64,000 nt of DNA, from positions 593,751-657,750 of the forward strand of contig MU004242.1 in the NCBI GenBank assembly GCA_010405405.1, written 5' to 3'. Under the pieces are notes generated by a model. That model saw nothing but the letters and a program-made list of their open reading frames with translations, did not search any database and was not told the origin of the DNA. Positions 33,128 through 43,907 of this stretch are shown here, in pieces; the first letter of the stretch is position 1, and each line of letters starts with the position of its first letter. Origin of the DNA: Microthyrium microscopicum (taxonomy: Eukaryota). The position numbers and the translations under genes were made by a program.

Positions 33128-36022
33128 ATGTTTTATCAATTTGGGCCGGACGCGTCCTCATGGCTGATTGGAAATGAGCGGTTTTCGCACGCGTAGGTTG
33201 CAAATCTCTAGTTCTCCTATTATCAAAGATCTAACAGTCTATCAGGCAGAATCCTCAGCCAAGACTTCAACAAGCATGGGCCGATATTGGCTCTATGTTT
33301 CAGGACAAATCCATGACTGGGTCGCAGATTCTTTGGATGACTACTGGTCCAAATGATGCATATTGTATCGCGACTACAGACGGACAGAGTTCGTGACCAT
33401 GAATTTACCACACTTGACTGTATGAAAGCTAACGAGTTATAGTCAGAACAAATCGTACTGATCTACTGGAAGCCATCAAGGGCGGCCTCACTAGAGTTCT
33501 TTACGGCGGCGTGAAGCATGTCGCATTTTCTCCCCACGGAGCCTGGTACATCAGATGGGGAGACAATTCTTCCCAAGTCTCCACCGTTGGTCGCTTCCCA
33601 GATAGCTTTTACGCTTTGGCTGGGCCCCATCTGAATTTTCAAGGACCAGAAGCTCAAGTCAACCAGTTCTCAGAGGTAGATCTAGTCTTCTTTGGTGCCA
33701 ATGATTCAGTAATGATGAAAGTTGGCAGTGAGATTCTTTACGATAAGATCGGTAAAGGCCTTCAAGAGCTGCTTGGCCAGTTCAGTTACAAGTACGACAT
33801 TGGTCCACGTTCTTGCCTTAGTCCTTGGAGTGACGAACACTTTTTCATTCATGCTGTGGGATTCTTCAATGAACATGAAGCGCAGTACCCATACTGCCTT
33901 CCAACAAACAGCAATTTGCCTGCCGAAGTTATCAAGACAATTGCCAATGGAGAGAGGCCTTCGAACGCGCTCATTGCTATCATGCAAAAGCCGCCACCGA
34001 AGCCTCAAGCTCCTAAGGTGGCAGCACCAACTCCATCGGCTACACCCACAAATCAAGACTGGATGCTGTGGATGAGCCTTGGCTGCCAGTGCAAAAATTG
34101 CAGCAAACCCATCACCACAGGGTCTCCATGCTATCACTGCCCGACTTGTAACAAAGGCGTCGAGGCGTTTTGTACAGATTGCACTGACACTGGGACATCA
34201 TGTCCGCATTCTATGAGCCGGAAGATCGTCCAAGAAGTGGGTAAAGAGATCGTGCCCAGTCGCACAGATGATGCGGCAGACTTTAGCGCAGGTATAAGAT
34301 GGTGCCATGGCGGCATCGTATGCAGTTATTGTTCCGCTGGAATGCTACCAGGAGCAGAAGTTTACTATTGTTCCATCTGCATCGGCGGCGATTTCGATAT
34401 GTGCCCAGGGTGTTTCGATACTATGAGTGAAGCACAACGGAAGCAAATCTGTCCACACAACCTGCGACGGCTCAGAATTACCACCAAAGTGCCTGGCCAA
34501 GCTGCCAGCTCGACAGCTCCGGCGTCGAAGGAACCTACTGGGGTCAGAGGATACCCTGAGTCCTACAATGGTATTTTACTCCCTGGTCTAACTTGCTCAT
34601 CTTGCCACGGAAAGATGACAGACGGTGATGTATGTCATTACTGCAAGATTTGCGATGGCGGTGATTTTGATCTCTGTGTTGACTGCTATGCCATTCCATC
34701 GAAGAGATGTCCCCACACATTGCCATTATGCAAAATCACCAAGATCAAGGCTGGAACGCCTTCAATCTCTTTTTCTCAGCACGACGATGAGACCGACTCG
34801 CCATTCTTTACTCCCAATGCACCTGCTTCTTCCCAGGAGAGCACACCCGGATGGGGAGCAAGTACGCCAGCGTCGGGCAGCAGCACTCCAGGCCAAGAAC
34901 CGTCCGAAATTGATAAACTTGGTAAGAAATTTCAAGAGACTCAGCTTAAGGAGAGCCTGTTGCAGTCAATTGTGTCGGAGAAGCCGAATGTGAAATGGGA
35001 GGATGTGGCAGGACTTGAGGCAGCGAAAGAAGAGTTGCAAGAATCTATAGTGTTCCCGCTTAGATTTCCTCAAATGTTTACCGGAAAGAGAAAGGCAAGA
35101 AGAGGCATTTTGCTCTATGGCCCTCCTGGAACCGGCAAATCATATCTGGCCAAGGCTGTTGCTACGGAGGTGGAATACACTCTTTTCAGCATTAGTAGCA
35201 GTGATGTCATGTCCAAATGGTATGGCGAGAGTGAGCAGTAAGTACCCGCTTCATAAACTGATACAGTTCTCACAGTTCGCAGATTAGTTCGCGGTCTCTT
35301 CCAGCTGGCTAGAGAAAAGAAGCCATCAATCATATTCATCGACGAGATTGATGCCCTCTGTGCCAATCGAGATGGCTCAGGTGGTGGTGGTGGCGGAGAA
35401 GACACTGCACGCATGAAAACCGAGTTTCTAATCCAAATGGACGGAGTAGGAAACGATAACACTGGTGTTCTAGTTCTCGCCGCTTCGAATTTACCTTGGG
35501 TTTTGGACCCAGCAATGAGACGTCGCTTCCAGAAACGGATCCACATTCCACTTCCAGAGCACGAGGCGCGAAAACAACTGTTCCGTATCAACATTGGCGA
35601 CTTGGCTCCAGATATCCACGAGAGAGACATTGATGAGCTGGCCAGGCGGACGCAAGGTTTTTCGGGTAGTGATATTGCCATTATAATACAAGATGCATTG
35701 ATGATTCCGGTCAAGAAGGTTCATATGGCCAAGTACTTCAAAAAGGTAAGACTTGCAAAAAACAATCGCTCAACTAGCTGTGTGGCTAATTTTGAGTTAG
35801 GTGTATGACAAAGGCCCTGAGCAAATAACTCCTTGCGAGGCTCATGAGTCAGGAGCACAGCCGATGACCTGGAAACAGGTTCCGCCAAAGAAATTGAGGG
35901 AGCCAGCGATAAGTACCATGGACTTTTTCAGTGTATTGAGTGGAGTAAAGGCGTCGGTTGGTGAGGAGGATATTTTGAAGTGCCAGGAGTGGACTCAACA
36001 GTATGGGTCGGAAGGAGCTTGA
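33128..36022 (+). CDS. Vps4-like AAA+ ATPase paralog with N-terminal GP-repeat region and three ZZ-like zinc fingers (no recognisable MIT domain)
   Basis: [14 protein letters not shown], Walker A GPPGTGKS, pore loop SKWYGESE, Walker B IIFIDEID, Arg fingers [15 protein letters not shown], Vps4 beta-domain/C-terminus TPC...A.PMTW..V...L.EP...DF...[10 protein letters not shown]; introns at about 33193-33245, 33388-33441, 35238-35282, 35746-35800; ZZ-like units at about 34084-34215, 34321-34460, 34594-34720; start codon inferred. Confidence 0.88.
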
Positions 36023-36250
36023 GTGTGCGAGTACTCCTGTCACCGTATGTGTCACTAAATCTAATAACTTAATTGAATTGCTATTTTCAGGTTTACCAGA
36101 AAATAATAGATACAGTAAAGATGGCTTCTTAAGAGTAGAAACAATGTATGAGGTTCTGGAAGGGTGTGAATTCTCATTCCAAATTTGTTATACGTTTACC
36201 GCAAAATGTAAATGTCAACTTCATCTGAAATCGAGTTCGCTTGCTTTCAA

Positions 36251-36322
36251 GGCTGAATGGTCTAGTGGTATGATTCCTGCTTTGGGTGCAGGAGGTCCCG
36301 TGTTCAATCCACGGTTCAGCCC
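36251..36322 (+). tRNA. tRNA-Pro (anticodon TGG), intronless
   Basis: Acceptor stem GGCTGAA/TTCAGCC; D arm TGGTCTAGTGGTATGA; anticodon arm CCTGC-TTTGGGT-GCAGG; T arm CCGTG-TTCAATC-CACGG; followed by a T-rich terminator. Confidence 0.96.
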
Positions 36323-36839
36323 CTTTCCTTTTTGATCGAATATAATCATTGTATTCTCTTTTTTTGCTAGATGTCTGAAACGAAAGCACCGTTGACTATG
36401 TTAACTGTTCTCCTTGGGAGCATGTTTTTGACCTTACACAGGTCGTGGAGAACCATAAGTATGTAGAGTGATGCAACATTAAATAGCGAATAATATGACC
36501 ACTGGGGGTCAGCATATCTCCCTGTAGGAGGGATATTGATATGTATGTATTTTTGCAAATCCGGAGGTAAGATCGCTGAATAGATTGGTTGTTTAAGGGT
36601 TGGAGTGGATGTGATTGATAATCGTCATCATCTAGCCCCGAAATGACCTCTTCACAGTTCCGTTGTGACCTTGCCGTATTCGGGTTCGTTGCTTTGAAAT
36701 CTACTCCATGCTACTTCACAGCTTAAAGCTTTCTGATTGAGTTGAAAACTGATTATATTCGAATTTCGCGTTGACCTAAGTCGTCCACGCTAAGTATCTA
36801 CTGAGAGTACTTGCAAGCAACAAACAACCTTCTTCAATC

Positions 36840-38085
36840 ATGGCAACAATGCGAGCAGTTGGTATGATGCAACGATGACACAATACCAACGGTGAATCTT
36901 CAATGCTGACAATATGTTAGGCGTCAAGAAGGAAGGCCAGAAGCCATATCCAGCAGAAGCAGTACGCTCTTCTACAAGCGTCAAGATCGCAATCACATCA
37001 ACTAATAAATGCAGATGTTCAATGAAACGGTTGACAAGCCGAAGCCAGAGGGATCACAGGCCATAATCAAAATCCATTCCTTTGGCCTAAACCGCATGGA
37101 CATCCTGGAACGACAAGGCAATTATCCCGTCCCTGCAGGCTCCAATGGAATCATGGGCGTGGAGTTCTCTGGTATCATCGAAGAACTGGGGCCTGAGGCA
37201 AACAGTAGCGACAAGGAGCATTTCGAGGTTGGAGATGAGGTCTTTGGCTTGGCTTATGGCGGTAGGTGAAGAATTTATGCGATTACTTGTGGAGTAGAAT
37301 GTGCTGATGTGATATTAGGGGCTTATTCTGAGTATATCGCTGCATCGACTCACATGCTTATTTCGAAACCTAAAGAACTTAGTTGGGAGGAGGCTGCTGG
37401 TATTCCAGGTACGTTTTCATTCACACAAGTTGAGAGAAGACCAACGTTTTTCACAGAGGTATGGATCACTGCATTACAAGCGCTATATTTCGTTGCGGAG
37501 TTTACGGCCGGCAAGCGTGTACTATGGCACGCAGGCGCTTCCTCCGTTAGCATAGCTGGAATCCAACTGTCCAAAATCGGAGGAGCGTCAGCAGTCTATG
37601 CAACGACCAGACAAGATGAGAAGAACAAGTTTCTCGTCAAAGAGCTAGGGATTGATGGCGCTTTTAATACCACGCATAGTACCTGGGCTGATGAGCTGTT
37701 CGAAGCGACGAACGGCGAAGGCGTTGATGTGATCATTGACTACATTGGCGCACCAGTATTTCAGGACAATATCAAGGTGCTTGCTAGAGATGGGCGGATA
37801 GTCTGCCTTGCGGCTTTGGGAGGATCAAAGTTGCCAGAGGGGACTGACATTGGTTTAATGTACCGCAAAAGAGCGAGAATTGAGGCGAGCGGACTGAGAA
37901 GTCGGACGCCAGAATATCAGGGGAAGTTAAGGGATTGGTTTGTGGAGAATGCTCTTCCTAAGTTCTTGGATGGGACGTACAAAGTTCTCATTGAAGAAAC
38001 TTTTGACTGGAAGGATATTGTGGAGGCGCATAAGTTGATGGAGTCAAATAAGACCAAGGGCAAACTCATCTGTACCATCTCGTAA
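36840..38085 (+). CDS. NADPH:quinone oxidoreductase, PIG3/zeta-crystallin (MDR) family, multi-exon
   Basis: MATMRAV; FGLNRMDILERQG.YPVP; GVEFSG; GDEVFGLAYGG|AYSEY; AAGIPE.WITA.QAL; VLWHAGAS.V; AH.LMESNK..GKL. Confidence 0.92.
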
Positions 38086-38586
38086 GAGGAATGAACTGGT
38101 CGGAAGCTGATATATACTGGAACATGGTTATTCAACATTGTGGAGTTCTGATTTCTTGCCGTCAAAGTTTCAGATCCAGGTGCTGGGCGCTGAAGTGAGG
38201 TCACAAGCTGACACGGCGCTCTGGACTGGGGTTTACATCACGATGCTTGCAATATATTGCCACGATGACGGCTAGAGTAGAAGGCAAAGAAGAGTTAAGA
38301 ATAACATGGAGATGGGAGCTAGAAAGCAGTAAAGAAATGATGATTGATAGCAATGAGTTCTAAATGTTAGTAATCCAACCGCTCTTAGCCGGGCCAATCA
38401 TACCGCCCTGTCATTGTTTTCTAGATGCACTAGCTTGCGGATCCATTGAAGCTCCAGTCTCTGATGCTCAAGTTCAAAGCTTCACCACTTCCAAACCGCC
38501 TCTTCCTCTCAACTCTTCTCCAACATTTGAACTCCTTCTCGTCTACATCTACCTTGCGGCCTCTCAACTCATTTCATATATTCGCA

Positions 38587-40219
38587 ATGCTCAAGACGTC
38601 GATAGCTAGAAGCGCCCCGAGAACACTTGGCGGTGCCAGAATCGCGTTTCGCCCCTCGCCCTTTCGACCAGTCAATTCCTATAATCAACGGCGAGGATAT
38701 GCTTCAGAAGCTGGTATGAAGCCCGGGTACATATCTTAGAGTGGCATACTGATAATTTTGTAGAGGAAAAAGATGTAGTCATCATTGGTGGTGGTGTAGC
38801 AGGCTATGTCGCCGCGATAAAAGCCGGTCAGGAGGGATTAAAGGTAACATTTTCCAAAGCTACTTCTTCAGGCATACATACTTACAAAATAACCAGGTCG
38901 CCTGTATAGAAAAGCGCACGGCGCTTGGCGGAACATGTCTAAACGTAGGCTGTATCCCATCGAAGTCCCTCCTTAACAACTCCCATCTCTACCACCAAAT
39001 CGTCCACGACTCCAAAAGTCGCGGTATCGACGTTGGCGAAGTGAAGCTTAACGTCGCAAATTTAATGAAAGCCAAAGAAACCTCGGTCGCCGGTCTCACA
39101 AAGGGTATTGAGTACCTCTTCAAGAAAAACAATGTCGAATGGATCAAAGGCACGGGTACCTTTGCTGACGAACATACTCTCAACGTTGAACTCACCGAAG
39201 GCGGCGAGCGTAGTGTAAGAGCCAAAAACATCATCATTGCGACCGGCAGCGAGGTCTCACCATTTCCTGGCCTAACAATCGATGAGAAGAAGGTGGTCTC
39301 TAGCACCGGCGCCATTGCGCTAACGGAGGTACCCAAGAAGATGCTTGTCATTGGCGGTGGTATCATTGGTCTAGAGATGGGTTCCGTCTGGTCCCGTCTA
39401 GGCGCCGAAGTCACCGTCGTCGAGTTTCTCGGCCAAATCGGCGGACCAGGCATGGACTCTGAAATCGCCAAAGCAACTCAACGTATCTTACAAAAACAAG
39501 GCATCAAATTCAAGCTCAACACAAAGGTTCTCTCCGGCGATGTCTCAGACTCCAGCATCTCGCTCAAAGTTGAGGCCAACAAAGGCGGCAAAGAAGAATC
39601 CCTAGACGCCGACGTCGTCCTCAGCGCCATTGGCCGTCGGCCATACACTCAAGGTCTCGGATTAGACAAAATCGGTCTCGAGACGGATAAGAGCGGCCGC
39701 ATTATAATTGACCAAGAATATCGCACCAAAATTCCTCATATCCGCGTAATCGGCGACTGCACCTTCGGCCCCATGCTCGCCCATAAGGCAGAAGAAGAGG
39801 GTGTAGCAGCGATTGAGTACATCACTAAAGGCTACGGACACGTAAATTATGGAGTCATCCCCTCCGTCATGTACACGCATCCAGAAGTCGCGTGGGTCGG
39901 TCAGAATGAAGAGGAACTCAAGAAGGCGGGCGTCAAGTACAAGGTCGGCTCGTTTCCTTATAGCGCCAACTCCCGCGCAAAGACCAACCAGGATTCCGAT
40001 GGAATGGTCAAGTTCTTGAGCGATGCACAGACGGACCGCATTTTGGGTGTACATATTATTGGGCCAGCGGCTGGCGAATCAATTGCTGAGGCTGCGCTGG
40101 CGATGGAATACGGCGCGAGCAGTGAGGATGTGGCTCGGACATGCCATGCGCATCCAACTTTGGCGGAGGCAGTGAAGGAGGCTGCTATGGCGGCTTATTC
40201 GAAGCCAATTCACATGTAA
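38587..40219 (+). CDS. LPD1: Dihydrolipoamide dehydrogenase (E3), mitochondrial
   Basis: Mitochondrial presequence ending [40 protein letters not shown] redox dithiol; [20 protein letters not shown]; two 5' introns. Confidence 0.97.
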
Positions 40220-40501
40220 TCCTGTTGACTGTTGAGCGGAGCGAAGAATGGTGCAAAGGCGCTTGAGTTTGTAAATTAGACCATGGTACAATTAAGCGTG
40301 AAGCGGCTGCGGAAATGCGAAATAGGCTGATATGATACTTTTGCGGATTCATTTGATCTTCTCTACACTTAGGCAACTACGGTTTTTCCATTGTAGGATA
40401 ATAATCATATATGCAATTGACTGCATGAATTACCTCAATCTATCTTCTCCTACCCCGTTTTCGATGTCATGTGTGTACATGCCATATTTTCCATCAGTCG
40501 A

Positions 40502-41402
40502 TTACACAATGGTCTCCAACTCTCGGGCATAGCCTAATGTGTTTTCGATGACTGTTCCACTCGTGCTCATGATATCCTTATCACCCGCCGTAAGCTCCTC
40601 CTGGTTTGGGAAGTAAATGCGGCCATCCTGAATACTCCATCCCCTCTCTTTAGCAAACTGTGCCACGGCGCCCTCGCTGTCTAGGAAGAACAGATTCTTT
40701 GCGTTTGCCATGGGCACGCTGGCGTATGCGCGCTCGCTGCATGATGCGATTTCGTGGCGAATTGATGGGATGAGAACCTATGTAATCATGCAACGTTAGC
40801 TCAAAGCCATCTTCGTCTGTATCTAAAAGCGTTCCACAGAGCGACAATTGTTCAAAACGTACCTCGCTGAACATCCGAAACTCATCGTCCGGCACGCCCG
40901 ATCCCTTCGTCTCCCCCCAAACACGATCATAACTCCCCTCCATCAACGCCTGCTCCAGTCTGACCGGATATTGCACCTCCTTATCTCCCATCCTCACACC
41001 CCCACCCTCACTTTCCAGCGTCTCCAGCAGCATATGGAAGCTCAGATAATCACTCTGACTCAACAGCTGCAAGAGATACAAGCCCGTAATCTTGCTAGCA
41101 TGTCCACCCGCAGCTGGTAGCACGGATTCAGGGAGGGCGTAGAAGGGCTGTAATTGCTGAAAGTAGCGCGTGAATGTATCGTGAGCGCGCTGGCGGATTG
41201 CCAGGAGGGCGCCAAGCTCGAGTGTTTCGCGCGCGAGGAGGAGGTGGGCGCGGGGAGTGTCTGGTGTGGGAATCAAGGCGTTAAGATGGAGAAGGGCAAG
41301 TTTGGCACGAGATAAAAGAGGTGTTGTTTGGTTGTAAGTCTGTTTTTGGAGGTGTGTGTGAAGTTGATCTAGTGTGGAGCGAAGCTCGTCTTGGGCGGGC
41401 AT
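40502..41402 (-). CDS. RPN12: 26S proteasome lid subunit Rpn12
   Basis: Start MPAQDEL; ARETLELGAL, FTRYFQQLQPFY, ITGLYLL.LLSQ, YPVRLEQALMEGSYDRVW; last exon ...IENTLGYARELETIV*; intron at about 40780-40862. Confidence 0.93.
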
Positions 41403-42096
41403 CGTAGTGGTTAGTGTGGGTTTGGCTGTTGGTGTCTGCTGAAGGGGTGAGGAGGTGGGTTGAGGAGTCGACAATGAAGCTGTTAGTTTCGCAGAAGAGC
41501 TTGAATTCGTGTCTAGTGATGGCAGGGAGCGTTTAGTTTGTGTTGAGAGAGGCGACTGAGTGGAAGGTTGATGTGTTGAGGAAGGTTGTTGGTTTGAACT
41601 TGCAGGTAGAAAGGCGTCGTGTCGTGCATGTGTGGCGAGTGCTACTGCACCAGCCACAGTCAACACTGCCAAATATCTCTCCAGCTGTTTCTTCAACCAT
41701 ACCACGATTTTTCGAAAAGATGAGAACATTTTAAAACGCGGGATAGAGAATCTTAGAGGTGAAGACAGAGAACAGACATAGACCGGACTTGGTGGGCCCT
41801 GCCTGCTTGATATCTACTATATCTTCCAGTCATGTCTCAGTCCAACGGCGCAAGTGACCACGCGCTGTGTGTTCCCGGCCCTTTTCAGGCGATGTTCTGT
41901 TCAACCCTCCCATGTTCGTGGCATGCATTGCTGTTCTAGGCTGGCGACCAAAGAAATCGGGGTCAACTGATTTGTTAGTCCATCGCGAGATTCGAGCATT
42001 CACATAAGAACTATTGAAATGTTTCTTCAAGATTGGGCCTTTCGCTTTGATTCTTCCTTTCGCATAACAACTGCTAATACTAGGAACAGTAGTACT

Positions 42097-43056
42097 CTAC
42101 GATGGCTTGAAGTTATCCCAGTTCTTGAACTCATAGTCCCAACCATCAGCCTTGAATCCCTCGCCAGGGAAAAGGCTAGACTTGGCCTTTGCATCTCCCT
42201 TCAAGATGTAGTCGAAAGCAGCAACAGCAGCCTTTCCAAACTTGCCAGCATGAATTTCACCATATGTACCTCCATGACCAGCTCCATCCATAGAAAACAA
42301 GATAGAGGGAACAGTAGCTGGGAGAGACTTGTACTCCGCTGAACCACCAGCATAGGCAAGATCTCCAGTTCCTCCCAAGAGGTAGATGATGGGGTGCTTC
42401 AAGTCCTTGGCCGCGAAGGCAGGTCCTTTTCCACCACCGAGCTTGCCCATGCCACCACTGTTGAACATGGCAGTCAATTTGATTCGTGGGTCGCCAGAGA
42501 CGCGCATGGCTTGTGCTCCTCCGCAGCTTTGTCCTGCAGCGGCGACCTTGGTTTTGTCGATGGTGCCGTACTTGCCAGCGTCCTTACCGCTGGTCACCCA
42601 GTCCATTGACTGAGTAAGCTGTTCGGGGCTGGTGGTCTTGCTTCGGTCTGAAGGGAAGGCTGAGCCAGGAGTGCCTGGTGCGCCGTTGGCGAGAACGACG
42701 TAGCCGTGGCTGGCCAGCTCAGTCAAGAGGTTTACAAAAGCTGTGCCTTGAGCTGCGCATGCGCCTGTTCAAATAATCAGCAGTTTGGCGAGTAATGGTT
42801 GATTTTTTGAGAACTAACCTTCTCCCCAGACGATGAGTGGCATAGAAACATCCTTTGGTGCCTCCTTGGGGGCATAAATCGTATGGTCTGGCAGGCCTGG
42901 ATCCGTAGTGTAATGGGCCTTGTATGGACCAGATCCACCGCTAGTATCTTTCTGATAGGGGCTCACGATTGGGCCACCACCTTTACCTTTTCCCTGTGGC
43001 ATTGCTACCGCAGAGGAGGCAAAGATAGCCGGCAACAGGAAGGCTGAGGAACGCAT
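42097..43056 (-). CDS. Secreted alpha/beta hydrolase (GQSCGG nucleophile elbow; lipase/chlorophyllase-like)
   Basis: Signal peptide MRSSAFLLPAIFASSAVA; GGSGPYKA, HTIYAP, PLIVWG.G|AC, ELASHGY, AGQSCGG, GG..D.AY, GHGGT; one intron at about 42766-42818. Confidence 0.85.
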
Positions 43057-43907
43057 ATTTGTCGTAAATCCAGGAAGTTGACGCGGTGATATTTGAACTG
43101 GCTTTTCGTCCTGCGAAAAATTGGGACGAACTCTGACCCTTATATCTGATATCACCCCTTTGCAATTTAGAGAAAAGCTTTGACACTGAAATATATAGAC
43201 TTAATACTGCATAATGAAGGGCTTATAGATTCGTCCTTTGTATAAGCTACTACGTAACCTAATTCGATCAATCGTCGGAGAACCCCAAAGTACTTGAGTG
43301 GTAGGGGCTGAGCGGGACATCCGAAATGCGAAGGGGCGTGGTAGTAAATTATATAATTCCCCATAGCATAGATTTAAGCCCAAGACACGACATCTCTATA
43401 TGTCTACTTGAGTGTATAATGTACGTATTGAGAAGGAAGATGTATGGTGTGTGCCCTGATAAGGCATGATGCAACTGATCAAGGGCTGGACATATCACTG
43501 CAGCTGTCATTCAAAACTTGGCTTCCTATGCAGTGAACCTCAACTTAGCATATGGAATTCATGGACCACTGTGAAATGTCGGCAGAGACAATGCAATGCA
43601 ACTGATGCCTTGGTGGTTGCTGTTGGACTGTCCTGGTTAGCAACATTTAAGTCGTTGTGAGTACTTGCAATGACAATCAGATTGGATTTGAGCAGACTCA
43701 AGGACAAAAACAGTTCTTGAACATGCGCTGGTTCTTCGAGACCAAGCGATCCACACCGATACATAAAACCGAACGAAGCGCTCATTATCATTATGTCTAT
43801 CCCGTGTATATAACACTAGCAATGCCATTTGCGCCGCCCACGCACAAGAAACTTTATGCAAAGACCTATAAAGAGCCTGCTACGATATACTTGACTTGCA
43901 AACAAGC

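Noticed and set aside
33128..36022. Assigning the symbol VPS4
   Set aside because: No recognisable MIT domain, altered pore loop and extra domains; more likely a paralog, and orthology cannot be shown from this window
15000..36322. Starship or other giant mobile element carrying the accessory block, ending at tRNA-Pro
   Set aside because: No tyrosine-recombinase captain ORF and no boundary direct repeats or duplicated tRNA fragment found in the window
40650..41729. 359-aa ORF as the full Rpn12 protein
   Set aside because: The first ~110 codons are low-complexity upstream sequence and the end reads through an intron; the likely start is 41402 with a spliced last exon
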